Source: a virus. From it: a stretch of DNA of 64,000 nt. The DNA lies in the IMG/VR virus record IMGVR_UViG_3300025096_002738, positions 17,162 to 81,161 of that record; one strand, written 5' to 3'. The notes below the pieces were generated by a model, which saw only the letters and a program-made list of their open reading frames with translations, was not told the origin of the DNA and did not search any database. Below, one piece after another: positions 1-7,829 of the stretch (position 1 is its first letter; each line of letters begins with the position of its first letter). Position numbers and translations under genes: made by a program.

Positions 1-29
1 CGCCCAGAAACACAGGCAGGGCCGGCAAA

Positions 30-377
30 ATGAGCTTACCTGTTTTTGTAGAAAATAGCAAAGTACCAGTTTGGCTATCAAAGATTTCTCCGATTGAGAT
101 TGAAGCTATAAGCCTAGGCGTTTTTGTATTTTCGAGAGGAACAATAAGCGAAACCACGCGCCGGCACGAAACCATTCACTATCACCAATGGAGAGAGCTA
201 GCCTTTCTTCTATTCCCAATTTTATATGGGCTTTTTTGGTTGGTTGGTTTTGCTAGGTATCGAGATGGTGTCAAAGCATATTATGCTATACCATTTGAGC
301 GTGAGGCTTATGTAAATGATGATAATCCAGACTATTTAGAAAAAAGGCCATTTTGGGCATGGAGAAAGTATTTATGA
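30..377 (+). CDS. Small zincin-like (HExxH) metallopeptidase family protein with a hydrophobic segment
   Basis: RRHETIHYHQ (HExxH), downstream FEREAY third-ligand-like motif, hydrophobic stretch LAFLLFPILYGLFWLVGF. Confidence 0.55.
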   Translation: MSLPVFVENSKVPVWLSKISPIEIEAISLGVFVFSRGTISETTRRHETIHYHQWRELAFLLFPILYGLFWLVGFARYRDGVKAYYAIPFEREAYVNDDNPDYLEKRPFWAWRKYL

Positions 378-415
378 AACTCTTAATTGAAAATTGGCGA
401 GAGTATTTAGACGAA
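374..415 (+). repeat. Leader-coding repeat, copy 1 (37/42 nt identical to 1003-1044)
   Basis: atgaaactcttaattgaaaattggcgagagtatttagacgaa vs atgaaactcctacttgaaaattggcgagagtttgtaaacgaa. Confidence 0.9.
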
Positions 416-1006
416 ATGGTGTCAGATGGCAGAGGGCTTGCACATCACGGACAGTTCAAGGGCTTAATTGAAAGAGATGTGAATATACCAAAAATGGTAG
501 GCTACCATGTGACCAGAGCGGTGTTTGATCAGTTTGATAATAGCAGATTAGGAAGCAATACCGATATGGGTAAAGCCGGCCAAGATAAATATAACTTAGA
601 CAGCTATCTCGGACATATGTTCGTTCCAGATTATCAGCAATTAGGACCGCACAAAGACAAGCTTGTGGGAGATGGAAATACCCCTTATATGTATTCTGTC
701 ACATTAACGCCCGGTAAGGTAGCCGTGTTGAACATTAAACGATTTAAAAAATGGTTCAGCGCTGATGCGAAGCACTCAAGACAAAATCTTAAGGAATTTG
801 GAAAATGGCTGAAGCAAAATGGATACGGTGGCTTGCATTACTCAGATCCGACGATGAAAGGCAGACTTATGGCTGACACAATACAAATATTTGATGCTGG
901 TGATACCAAGATCAGAAGTATCTGGAACATGGATACAGACGTAAGATTCCGAGCCAAAGATTTACAAGGTCAATCATTTGCAGATGCTTTTGGGGCTAAC
1001 CAATGA
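374..1006 (+). CDS. Putative ADP-ribosyltransferase (ART-PolyVal-like) with an N-terminal leader peptide
   Basis: Start refined to ATG 374 (MKLLIENWREYLDE). YHVT..FDQFD, YLGHMF, GYGGLHY and QIFD..TKI match the YHGT..F..F / G.YF / GYDG / VF...QIK layout of polyvalent-protein ARTs. Confidence 0.55.
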   Translation: MKLLIENWREYLDEMVSDGRGLAHHGQFKGLIERDVNIPKMVGYHVTRAVFDQFDNSRLGSNTDMGKAGQDKYNLDSYLGHMFVPDYQQLGPHKDKLVGDGNTPYMYSVTLTPGKVAVLNIKRFKKWFSADAKHSRQNLKEFGKWLKQNGYGGLHYSDPTMKGRLMADTIQIFDAGDTKIRSIWNMDTDVRFRAKDLQGQSFADAFGANQ

Positions 1007-1044
1007 AACTCCTACTTGAAAATTGGCGAGAGTTTGTAAACGAA
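1003..1044 (+). repeat. Leader-coding repeat, copy 2
   Basis: Direct repeat of 374-415 at the start of an unrelated gene. Confidence 0.9.
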
Positions 1045-1632
1045 AAGAAATGGGAAGATTATGAGATCGACAAAAATACTTGGACCGAATTCTCTCCTGA
1101 TGAAATAGAAGCCTCTCGTGATCCTATTGAGGTGGATCTTCCAGAGGAATTTATAGCCTTAATTAACAAGGCTTATGAAAAAATTGGAGGAAACTTTGAT
1201 TTTGGGGCCCCCGAAGACGTTCCCGGTGATGCTGATATTTGGGCGGCAATCGATATTGATGATGACCCCGAGCCCGACGCTCTTAGAATCGGAAAAACAA
1301 AACCGCACGGTGTTAAGCTCTCTGCTTCGGGGCACGACGGCACTCGCCCAGGAATCAATGCTTACATACAAAAAACAGCCGATTTGTTAAATAGTCCCGG
1401 CTATTACGCAGAAATGTCTAAAGGGATTGCCCACGTTATGTTAAAATATCATAATGTTTCTTATGTTGATGATCCTGAAAAAGTACAGAAGATTTTAGGA
1501 CCATCAAAACTAATTAAATGGCTTGGACCTCACCCTGAAGGAAAATATCCTGGTATTGATGGATGGTACACCCGCACTATCTCAGGGCACGAGGATGAAT
1601 TAAAGATTATGTTAGGAGAGCCAAACGCATGA
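1003..1632 (+). CDS. Hypothetical phage protein with the same leader (possibly GNAT-like fold)
   Basis: 209 aa, starts MKLLLENWREFVNE, ATGA overlap with the upstream gene; fold assignment is only a guess. Confidence 0.6.
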   Translation: MKLLLENWREFVNEKKWEDYEIDKNTWTEFSPDEIEASRDPIEVDLPEEFIALINKAYEKIGGNFDFGAPEDVPGDADIWAAIDIDDDPEPDALRIGKTKPHGVKLSASGHDGTRPGINAYIQKTADLLNSPGYYAEMSKGIAHVMLKYHNVSYVDDPEKVQKILGPSKLIKWLGPHPEGKYPGIDGWYTRTISGHEDELKIMLGEPNA

Positions 1633-4433
1633 AAGATTGGCTTCAAGATTGGAATAAATTTCTAAACGAAGAGAAACAAGTTGTTTCAACGCGAGAAGAA
1701 CTAGTTGATCTATTGCGAGATAATCCTGACCAAAAAAGAAAGCTGGATATGCGCAAGGGAGAAGGACACAAGTCTTTTGGCGGTGTCTTCAATCCGCCAA
1801 TACAGGTTGAGTTCGATTATGGAGAGTTTCCAGAGTTGATCAATCCTGCCGACGGCATGGGTTGGGATATAATTCTTGCTGACAACTCTAATATAGATGA
1901 CGATAATCTATTGCCAGTTGGGCACTTTGGTTACATTCAAGATAAAGATCTATGGAATAACCATGGTGTATACGATATGCCAGAAAAGGTGGGCGGAAAC
2001 TCTAAGATTGTTTTGTCAAAAGATGGCAATATTAGTGGCGCCGAAAAAGATCATCTTACAAAATTCTTCGAAGATATGTGGCAGTTTGAAAAGCCGGAAT
2101 GGTATACTGTTGAAGAAGAGCGTATTCTTCGAGAAGTTACCGAAGACGAGCTACGAGTAGTTGAAGATATCTTAGATAAAATGGCTGAGGATCCAAAATG
2201 GCTGCCATTTAATGATATATTTGGCGACAAAACTCGGTTAGTCATTAACTTTCCAACTATGGATAGACATTCTGAACTTGGTAGATTTGCTGATGTGATA
2301 CAGAATCAGCTTGGACTATCTGTAGACTGGAACAAAGGTACTGTTTCCGCTGATAGACGATGGAATGACCACGTCGGTGCAACAGAACGCATCGCAAACA
2401 GGCTTGTCGGAGGGAATGCCAATGAACAAGATAGTGGAGTAATAGAAAGAAGCTTTACCATGAAAATTGGTAAGTATTTTGCTAGATTAGAAAATCTTTT
2501 AAAGAAACTTTATGATACAAAACACGCGGTGAGATCGAACAGATTCGTGCACATGCAGTCGCTTTCTTCAAGGATGGTAATAGATGCTATAGGCGAAGAT
2601 GGAAATAAGCGATATGACCAACTTTTGAATCAATTAGAATTGTATCTAGGAGGATCTGGAGGGAAAGCTAATAAGCACTGGTCGTCTAAAGATAGAGAAG
2701 AAGGAGATCCTGTTTCGGAATTCCCGGAATTTGCCGACTATTGGCAAAAAAATGCCGCTTATATTAAGCAAAATCTGAGTTCTCTTAACAGCGATAAGTA
2801 TTCAATAATCATTACTCGACACCCAATTGATGTTCTTCGAATGAGTGATTATGAAAATATTACATCTTGTCATTCTCCTCCAAGCCAAGAAAAAGTTGGG
2901 CAAAGTTACTATAAATGCGCGGCAGCAGAAGCTCAGGGCCATGGGGCAATTGCATATGTTATAGAAACAGAAGAACTACTTTCTGAAACAAACACAGGTA
3001 ATATTGAAAGCGCCGAGCAGGAAATTCAAGAAGGCGAAATATTTTACGACGATCAGAGGCCCCAAGATACGGGAGATATAAGACCAGTTTCGCGAGTTCG
3101 GGTACGGAAGCTAATGTACTCTGAAGATGATGAGACTGGCGGCCAAGATTTTGCGTTACCTGAAAAGCGTATTTACGGCGCCGGCATTCCTGGCATAGCC
3201 GATCGGGTTCGCGAGTGGGGTAGACAAACACAAGAAGCAAAGATTGAGAATCTGCCAACAAAAGATGGCAAAATTAATCTCAACGATTTCCAGATATACG
3301 GCGGATCTTATGAAGACACTGCCGGGTGGGTGGGTCGTGAAGAGTTGATGTTGCTTCTTTTGCAAAAACCAAGCAACGATTTTACTGGCAGGATTAGCCA
3401 AAACATAGAAACTGAAGATGATTTAGATGCTGAGCTTCTTGGTGACCCAGCCGGAATGTATGAAAATGAGTGCCGGCTGATTGCAGCGGAATGGAACAAT
3501 AGATATGCTAGTGTTAGTGTTGGTTACCAAGTAGAAGGTGATGGAGCCGATGGTGTTTATATTGGAGCAGAAGCTACGATACACATTAAATGGGACGCTG
3601 ACGAATGGACTAGCCTTCCCAATACTTGGGACAGAATTGTAAGTTATAGCGCCGATGAGTTAAATGGCTTGTTTGGAGATCTTTTTCTAGACCGGGCCCG
3701 CTTGTATCGTTCGGGGCAGGAAATTAAATGGGAATGTTCGCTTAATCTTGAGCACCCAGATTTCGGTGGACAATCTTATATGGTAATACCATACGAGTTT
3801 AATGAGATGTGTGAGGTCGTCGATGTAAACGCTGACGATAGACGGGATGCTTTTAAGGAATATCTTACCGAATACTTTAGACGCGAAGGATTTATACAAG
3901 GCGCCCAATATGTGCAACTTGCTATGTCGATTGAAGATGGAGGGGGTGACCACCTAGAGTGGGATGTAGAAACCGACGGTGAGTATACAAGTTCATATGT
4001 GTCGTATGCTTCTGTTAGTTTTTATTATGATCCAGAAGAATGGAAAATAGATCCGAGAGTATTACTTCAAATATTAGATTCGCGCGATTTTAAAATATTA
4101 TTAAGAAATAATATGCTAGCGGGCCCTAGAAGACAAATATCTACTGATTATTATCTTGATATTTCAAGCGCCGGCGCCGTTGATGTCGGAGGCGAACTTA
4201 AATATACAATCCAGTTTAAGATCACACTTGATGATCCAGACGAAAGAGTAGAGTTATTTAAAGAACTCGTCACCGGTGATATGGATGATGAAGACGAAAT
4301 AACACGAGTATTTAACAAAACTCTTGCTCAAATAAAATACGAAATGAGCCATGGCACTGCGTGGGGATCAGACCTCGACGATATTCAAGAAAGCATGCAG
4401 CGGCGATGGACAAGATTCCTGCTGGATGTATGA
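1629..4433 (+). CDS. Large acidic multidomain protein: leader, degenerate inorganic-pyrophosphatase-like domain, then unknown domains
   Basis: MKDWLQDWNKFLNE leader. FDYGEFPELINPADGMGWDIIL..NSKIVL resembles family I PPase NYGYI..T...DGDPVDV..DAKLV. Central ITRHPIDVLRMSD..TSCH..RIYG block. Confidence 0.5.
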   Translation: MKDWLQDWNKFLNEEKQVVSTREELVDLLRDNPDQKRKLDMRKGEGHKSFGGVFNPPIQVEFDYGEFPELINPADGMGWDIILADNSNIDDDNLLPVGHFGYIQDKDLWNNHGVYDMPEKVGGNSKIVLSKDGNISGAEKDHLTKFFEDMWQFEKPEWYTVEEERILREVTEDELRVVEDILDKMAEDPKWLPFNDIFGDKTRLVINFPTMDRHSELGRFADVIQNQLGLSVDWNKGTVSADRRWNDHVGATERIANRLVGGNANEQDSGVIERSFTMKIGKYFARLENLLKKLYDTKHAVRSNRFVHMQSLSSRMVIDAIGEDGNKRYDQLLNQLELYLGGSGGKANKHWSSKDREEGDPVSEFPEFADYWQKNAAYIKQNLSSLNSDKYSIIITRHPIDVLRMSDYENITSCHSPPSQEKVGQSYYKCAAAEAQGHGAIAYVIETEELLSETNTGNIESAEQEIQEGEIFYDDQRPQDTGDIRPVSRVRVRKLMYSEDDETGGQDFALPEKRIYGAGIPGIADRVREWGRQTQEAKIENLPTKDGKINLNDFQIYGGSYEDTAGWVGREELMLLLLQKPSNDFTGRISQNIETEDDLDAELLGDPAGMYENECRLIAAEWNNRYASVSVGYQVEGDGADGVYIGAEATIHIKWDADEWTSLPNTWDRIVSYSADELNGLFGDLFLDRARLYRSGQEIKWECSLNLEHPDFGGQSYMVIPYEFNEMCEVVDVNADDRRDAFKEYLTEYFRREGFIQGAQYVQLAMSIEDGGGDHLEWDVETDGEYTSSYVSYASVSFYYDPEEWKIDPRVLLQILDSRDFKILLRNNMLAGPRRQISTDYYLDISSAGAVDVGGELKYTIQFKITLDDPDERVELFKELVTGDMDDEDEITRVFNKTLAQIKYEMSHGTAWGSDLDDIQESMQRRWTRFLLDV

Positions 4434-4758
4434 ATACAACGCGAAATTAGACAGAATCATTGATGGTGACACGGTAGACGCCCTCATTGATCTAGGTTTT
4501 GATATTTGGATCAAAAAGCGTATTCGTCTATACGGCATAGATGCCCCTGAGACACGCACAAGAGACTTAGAGGAGAAGAGCCTAGGGTTCGCTGCCAAGG
4601 AGCGCTTAGAAGAGCTTCTAGAGGCTTCTGGGGGGCTGTTTGTACTCTCTTCTGCTGGTGTTGGCAAGTATGGCAGGTGTCTTGGGACAATCTTTATCGA
4701 TAACAAAAACATAAATGAACTTTTAATTTCGGAAGGCCACGCGTCGATATACGAGTAA
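4426..4758 (+). CDS. Thermonuclease (staphylococcal nuclease-like)
   Basis: Start refined to ATG 4426 (MYEY). IIDGDT, IRLYGIDAPE, GKYGRCLG and INELLISEGHA motifs. Confidence 0.9.
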   Translation: MYEYNAKLDRIIDGDTVDALIDLGFDIWIKKRIRLYGIDAPETRTRDLEEKSLGFAAKERLEELLEASGGLFVLSSAGVGKYGRCLGTIFIDNKNINELLISEGHASIYE

Positions 4759-4809
4759 GAAATAGGTTATTTTATTACTTCTATAACAAATATAAAAGAT
4801 ACGTGACCG

Positions 4810-4832
4810 GGGAGTGTTCTGTAACACTTTTA
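4810..4832 (+). terminator. Weak hairpin, possible terminator
   Basis: AGTGTT-ctgt-AACACT followed by TTT in the intergenic gap. Confidence 0.3.
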
Positions 4833-4874
4833 AATGCAGCAAGAGCCTAGTTATGTCTGTAAGAGGAGATAGAA

Positions 4875-5201
4875 ATGTCGCAAGATCAGCCGGGTTGGGG
4901 AGAATATTCCAGATTAGTCCTACAGCAACTTGAAACTTTGTCTTCAGGGATCGAGTCATTACGCACAGAACTTCAAGATATGAAAGGCCAGCTTACTGAG
5001 CTTAAAGCTAAAGAAGATCGTGTACAAGACTTGAAAGCTTGGAAAGAAAAGATGGACGAAGTTGCTTCCCCCACGCAGCTAAAAGAACTTGTGGCTCATG
5101 TAGAGGAACTTAAGACCTTCAAGACCAAAGCTGTGACTATATTTATGGTTGTTCAGTTTGGAATGGGTGTCGCCATGGCTCTTTTATCATATTTTAAATA
5201 A
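4875..5201 (+). CDS. Coiled-coil protein with a C-terminal transmembrane helix (holin/XhlA-like architecture)
   Basis: Heptad-like N-terminus, hydrophobic C-terminus AVTIFMVVQFGMGVAMALL, GAGGAG RBS. Confidence 0.6.
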   Translation: MSQDQPGWGEYSRLVLQQLETLSSGIESLRTELQDMKGQLTELKAKEDRVQDLKAWKEKMDEVASPTQLKELVAHVEELKTFKTKAVTIFMVVQFGMGVAMALLSYFK

Positions 5202-5221
5202 CCCGTATCTCACATATTTCG

Positions 5222-5515
5222 ATGTCATCAAACAATAAACCCACTGTTGAACAGGTTTTGAAAGTATTGATGAGACAATTAACAGGAAAACTAACTGAAT
5301 CAGATTCTGTTGTTCCGCAAATAATCATTAAAGGCGAAGGAAATATTTGGGCCTGGGATCCGTATAATAAAAAGTTAATTTGCGTAGAAAGAGGAACCAT
5401 CGGCTATATTCTTATGGAAAAACACAATTTAGAAAATAAAACATTAATTTATTGCTCGGGTGGTGATATAATCTGTATAGACCCCGACGAGATCGAGCCA
5501 ATTGGTTTAAATTAA
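5222..5515 (+). CDS. Hypothetical protein
   Basis: 97 aa ORF fitting the gene tiling. Confidence 0.65.
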   Translation: MSSNNKPTVEQVLKVLMRQLTGKLTESDSVVPQIIIKGEGNIWAWDPYNKKLICVERGTIGYILMEKHNLENKTLIYCSGGDIICIDPDEIEPIGLN

Positions 5516-5670
5516 TGTTTTATGCGTTTAATTCATTCTGGTATGGAGTGACAGCTTTATGTGCGACATGGATGTTTTATAGTTTGTTCGACTATGAAGC
5601 CTGTGTTGTTACACTATTAACCCTAATATTTTTACAAACTAAAAGGAAAGATGAAAATACAAGTAATTAA
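5515..5670 (+). CDS. Small membrane protein (51 aa), not in the ORF track
   Basis: TAATG overlap with the upstream stop; MFYAFNSFWYGVTALCATWMFYSLFDYEACVVTLLTLIFLQTKRKDENTSN has two hydrophobic segments. Confidence 0.55.
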   Translation: MFYAFNSFWYGVTALCATWMFYSLFDYEACVVTLLTLIFLQTKRKDENTSN

Positions 5671-5812
5671 TTATAGAACAGGCGCCGTGAAAGTGTTTGA
5701 TTCAGAAGAGGAAGAAATTCAGCCGTTTATTTACAAAGAGCGTTATTATAAGTCAGGAAGAGTGCATAAGCCTACTTATAGACAGGATGGAAGGGAAAAA
5801 AACAAGCCATAA
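5651..5812 (+). CDS. Small hypothetical protein (53 aa), not in the ORF track
   Basis: AAGGA upstream; MKIQVINYRTGAVKVFDSEEEEIQPFIYKERYYKSGRVHKPTYRQDGREKNKP fills the gap between neighbouring genes. Confidence 0.45.
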   Translation: MKIQVINYRTGAVKVFDSEEEEIQPFIYKERYYKSGRVHKPTYRQDGREKNKP

Positions 5813-6002
5813 GAAAAGAAGGTACCTTTCTCAAAGACTTCAAGATGAAAAAGGACCTATCTTTCTAGTCTTTATTCACACCCCTGAAAGATATTTTACG
5901 AAATCGGAGGGGCCATTTAAAGATCAAACAAAAGCTTTTGAGGTGATGGCCGAGCATTTGCGCCGTGGCCATATTTCATGGATTGTCTCATACGATGCAT
6001 AA
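5787..6002 (+). CDS. Hypothetical protein
   Basis: In-frame ATG at 5787 (MEGKKTSH), 7 nt after a CTACTTAT motif. Confidence 0.5.
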   Translation: MEGKKTSHKKRRYLSQRLQDEKGPIFLVFIHTPERYFTKSEGPFKDQTKAFEVMAEHLRRGHISWIVSYDA

Positions 6003-6249
6003 AAAAGATGATTTTGGCTCGATAGTCGAAAAAGACTTCAGAGTAGGAGATATTGTAGAGTGGTCTACATTTAATGCTATAGAATCTGAATGGACGACCC
6101 ATTACGGAATTATTACCACTATTTGTAAAGAGATTGAGTCAGAAAGATTAGTATCTGTTTCCAAAGTGTTGCCACTTAATGGCCCACAAGTAGAAATTAA
6201 GTTTTTCACAGCCAGTTTAAGATTGGTTTCAGAAAGAAAGGGGTCGTAA
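5995..6249 (+). CDS. Small beta-rich (SH3/KOW-like) hypothetical protein
   Basis: FRVGDIVEW..HYGII pattern; start refined to ATG 5995. Confidence 0.55.
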   Translation: MHKKDDFGSIVEKDFRVGDIVEWSTFNAIESEWTTHYGIITTICKEIESERLVSVSKVLPLNGPQVEIKFFTASLRLVSERKGS

Positions 6250-6256
6250 GAAGCCA

Positions 6257-6601
6257 ATGAGTTCTAAAATAGATCATGTAGCATTATTAGTAGATGATTT
6301 GGAAATAGCCGAGACTTGGTATTTAGAAAATCTAGATGCTGTAGTTGAATTTAAGGATCAATATTATACCAGACTTCGTTTACATCATACCTGTATTGCT
6401 TTAATAGACAGGACACACTACCCACGAGAACATATAGGAATTTTGATAGAAAATATCGAAGATTTGCCCACTGAGCGAGGAGAAGTAGTGAAACATCGCG
6501 ATGGGACCATAGGAGTTTATGTAAAAGACCCTTTTGGTAACTATTTAGAGTATATTTGGTATTCTGACAACCAAAAGAAGGTTTTTTTGAAAGATGGCTG
6601 A
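6257..6601 (+). CDS. VOC/glyoxalase family protein
   Basis: IDHVALLVDDL, HIGILIENIED and YVKDPFGNYLE are typical VOC motifs. Confidence 0.85.
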   Translation: MSSKIDHVALLVDDLEIAETWYLENLDAVVEFKDQYYTRLRLHHTCIALIDRTHYPREHIGILIENIEDLPTERGEVVKHRDGTIGVYVKDPFGNYLEYIWYSDNQKKVFLKDG

Positions 6602-7577
6602 TATTGATTCTTTAATGCCGCTGATTAAACACTTTATGCCCTTTGCTCAAGAGCGAATGGGGTTTAAAGAGCCACCGCGCTTGTTTCTTAAAGGAGACAC
6701 AGATAATGCGTCCGATCCTCTAGGACGGACAGCTTTCTATGATCCTGCCGAACGCGCGGTGACAGTGTATATCACCAGTCGTCACCCAAAAGACATTCTA
6801 AGGTCCATATCTCATGAGCTTGTTCACCACACTCAAAACTGTAATGGTGATTTTAGCGATGCTGGTGAGATGGGTGAGGGGTATGCACAAAGCAACCCTC
6901 ACATGAGAGAAATGGAGCGTCAAGCATACGAAATGGGGAATATGTGTTTCCGAGATTGGGAAGACACAATAAAACAGACTATTTATCATGAGCATCTAAA
7001 TAAAGGAGATTATACGATGTCAACTAAAGATTGGAAAAACAAGGAGATGAAAAGTCTTCTCTCAGAGGCATGGGGGTTCAAAATGGACCTCAATAGAATA
7101 AACGAGGTGTCCGACAACGAAGATGTCATGGATGCAAAGGAGGAAACCGAAGGTGATGCCGTCGATGCTGAAGAAGAAGCGGCACTTGAAGAAGATTCTG
7201 CGGCTAAACACAGAACGGCCGGGAATACCATCGACGAGGAAAGCGATGCTGAAATCGAAGAATGTGGTGAAATGCCAGAAGAAGGCGAGATTGTCGTAAT
7301 GGGAGATGAAGAGTCTGGTGTCGAAGTTGGCGCGGAAGATCCTGCCGAGCGTGTAGGCGCACTGATGGATGAACTTAAGGGATTACTGATGCAACTCGCT
7401 GGTGGTGGTGAGAGTGCGGCCATGGCAGATGAAGACCCTATGGAAGAAGGCGGAAGCGGTCGCAAAGACCCAGTACGCAAGCGCCCAGGCCGCGATTCTG
7501 ATGATAGAACACGACCTATGCAAGAAGAGAAAATGCGTGCGATGGTGCGCAAGGCAATTAAGGAAGCGATGAAATAA
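6594..7577 (+). CDS. Zincin (HExxH) domain fused to an acidic low-complexity region; probable in-frame internal start at 7017
   Basis: LRSISHELVHHTQ and MERQAY motifs; AAGGAG RBS 8 nt before ATG 7017; E/D-rich C-terminal half ending EEKMRAMVRKAIKEAMK. Confidence 0.65.
   Translation: MADIDSLMPLIKHFMPFAQERMGFKEPPRLFLKGDTDNASDPLGRTAFYDPAERAVTVYITSRHPKDILRSISHELVHHTQNCNGDFSDAGEMGEGYAQSNPHMREMERQAYEMGNMCFRDWEDTIKQTIYHEHLNKGDYTMSTKDWKNKEMKSLLSEAWGFKMDLNRINEVSDNEDVMDAKEETEGDAVDAEEEAALEEDSAAKHRTAGNTIDEESDAEIEECGEMPEEGEIVVMGDEESGVEVGAEDPAERVGALMDELKGLLMQLAGGGESAAMADEDPMEEGGSGRKDPVRKRPGRDSDDRTRPMQEEKMRAMVRKAIKEAMK
6979..6986 (+). promoter_or_regulatory. CTAnTTA motif (putative phage late promoter) before the internal start at 7017
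   Basis: CTATTTAT; similar copies at 332, 4847, 5772, 6541, 10047, 14730, 42239 and 49194, each shortly upstream of a start codon. Confidence 0.5.
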
Positions 7578-7829
7578 ATGTCTGCTGACTCCAATTGGAG
7601 TGACTTCTTGCAGGAAGGAATAACTGAAAAGACTATTTTCACTTATATTCAAGGACTACAAGAGGTTATCAACAACCTCCAACCTAAAACCCTTAAAGAA
7701 AAGAACCGTCTAACGCTTGCAAAACAACACTTGCGAGAAATTAGACGGCAAGCTCGACGTATGCTCAACGAAAATGTTGAATTGCAAGAAAAGCTGACGT
7801 TACTAGAAGAAAACAAAGGAGGTGAGTAA
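7578..7829 (+). CDS. Small coiled-coil protein with a leader-like N-terminus
   Basis: MSADSNWSDFLQE resembles the W..F[LV].E leader; abuts both neighbouring genes. Confidence 0.65.
   Translation: MSADSNWSDFLQEGITEKTIFTYIQGLQEVINNLQPKTLKEKNRLTLAKQHLREIRRQARRMLNENVELQEKLTLLEENKGGE

Noticed and set aside
353-377. WRKYL at the end of the first ORF as another leader copy
   Set aside because: It lacks the terminal Glu and overlaps the next gene's RBS and start; most likely coincidental.
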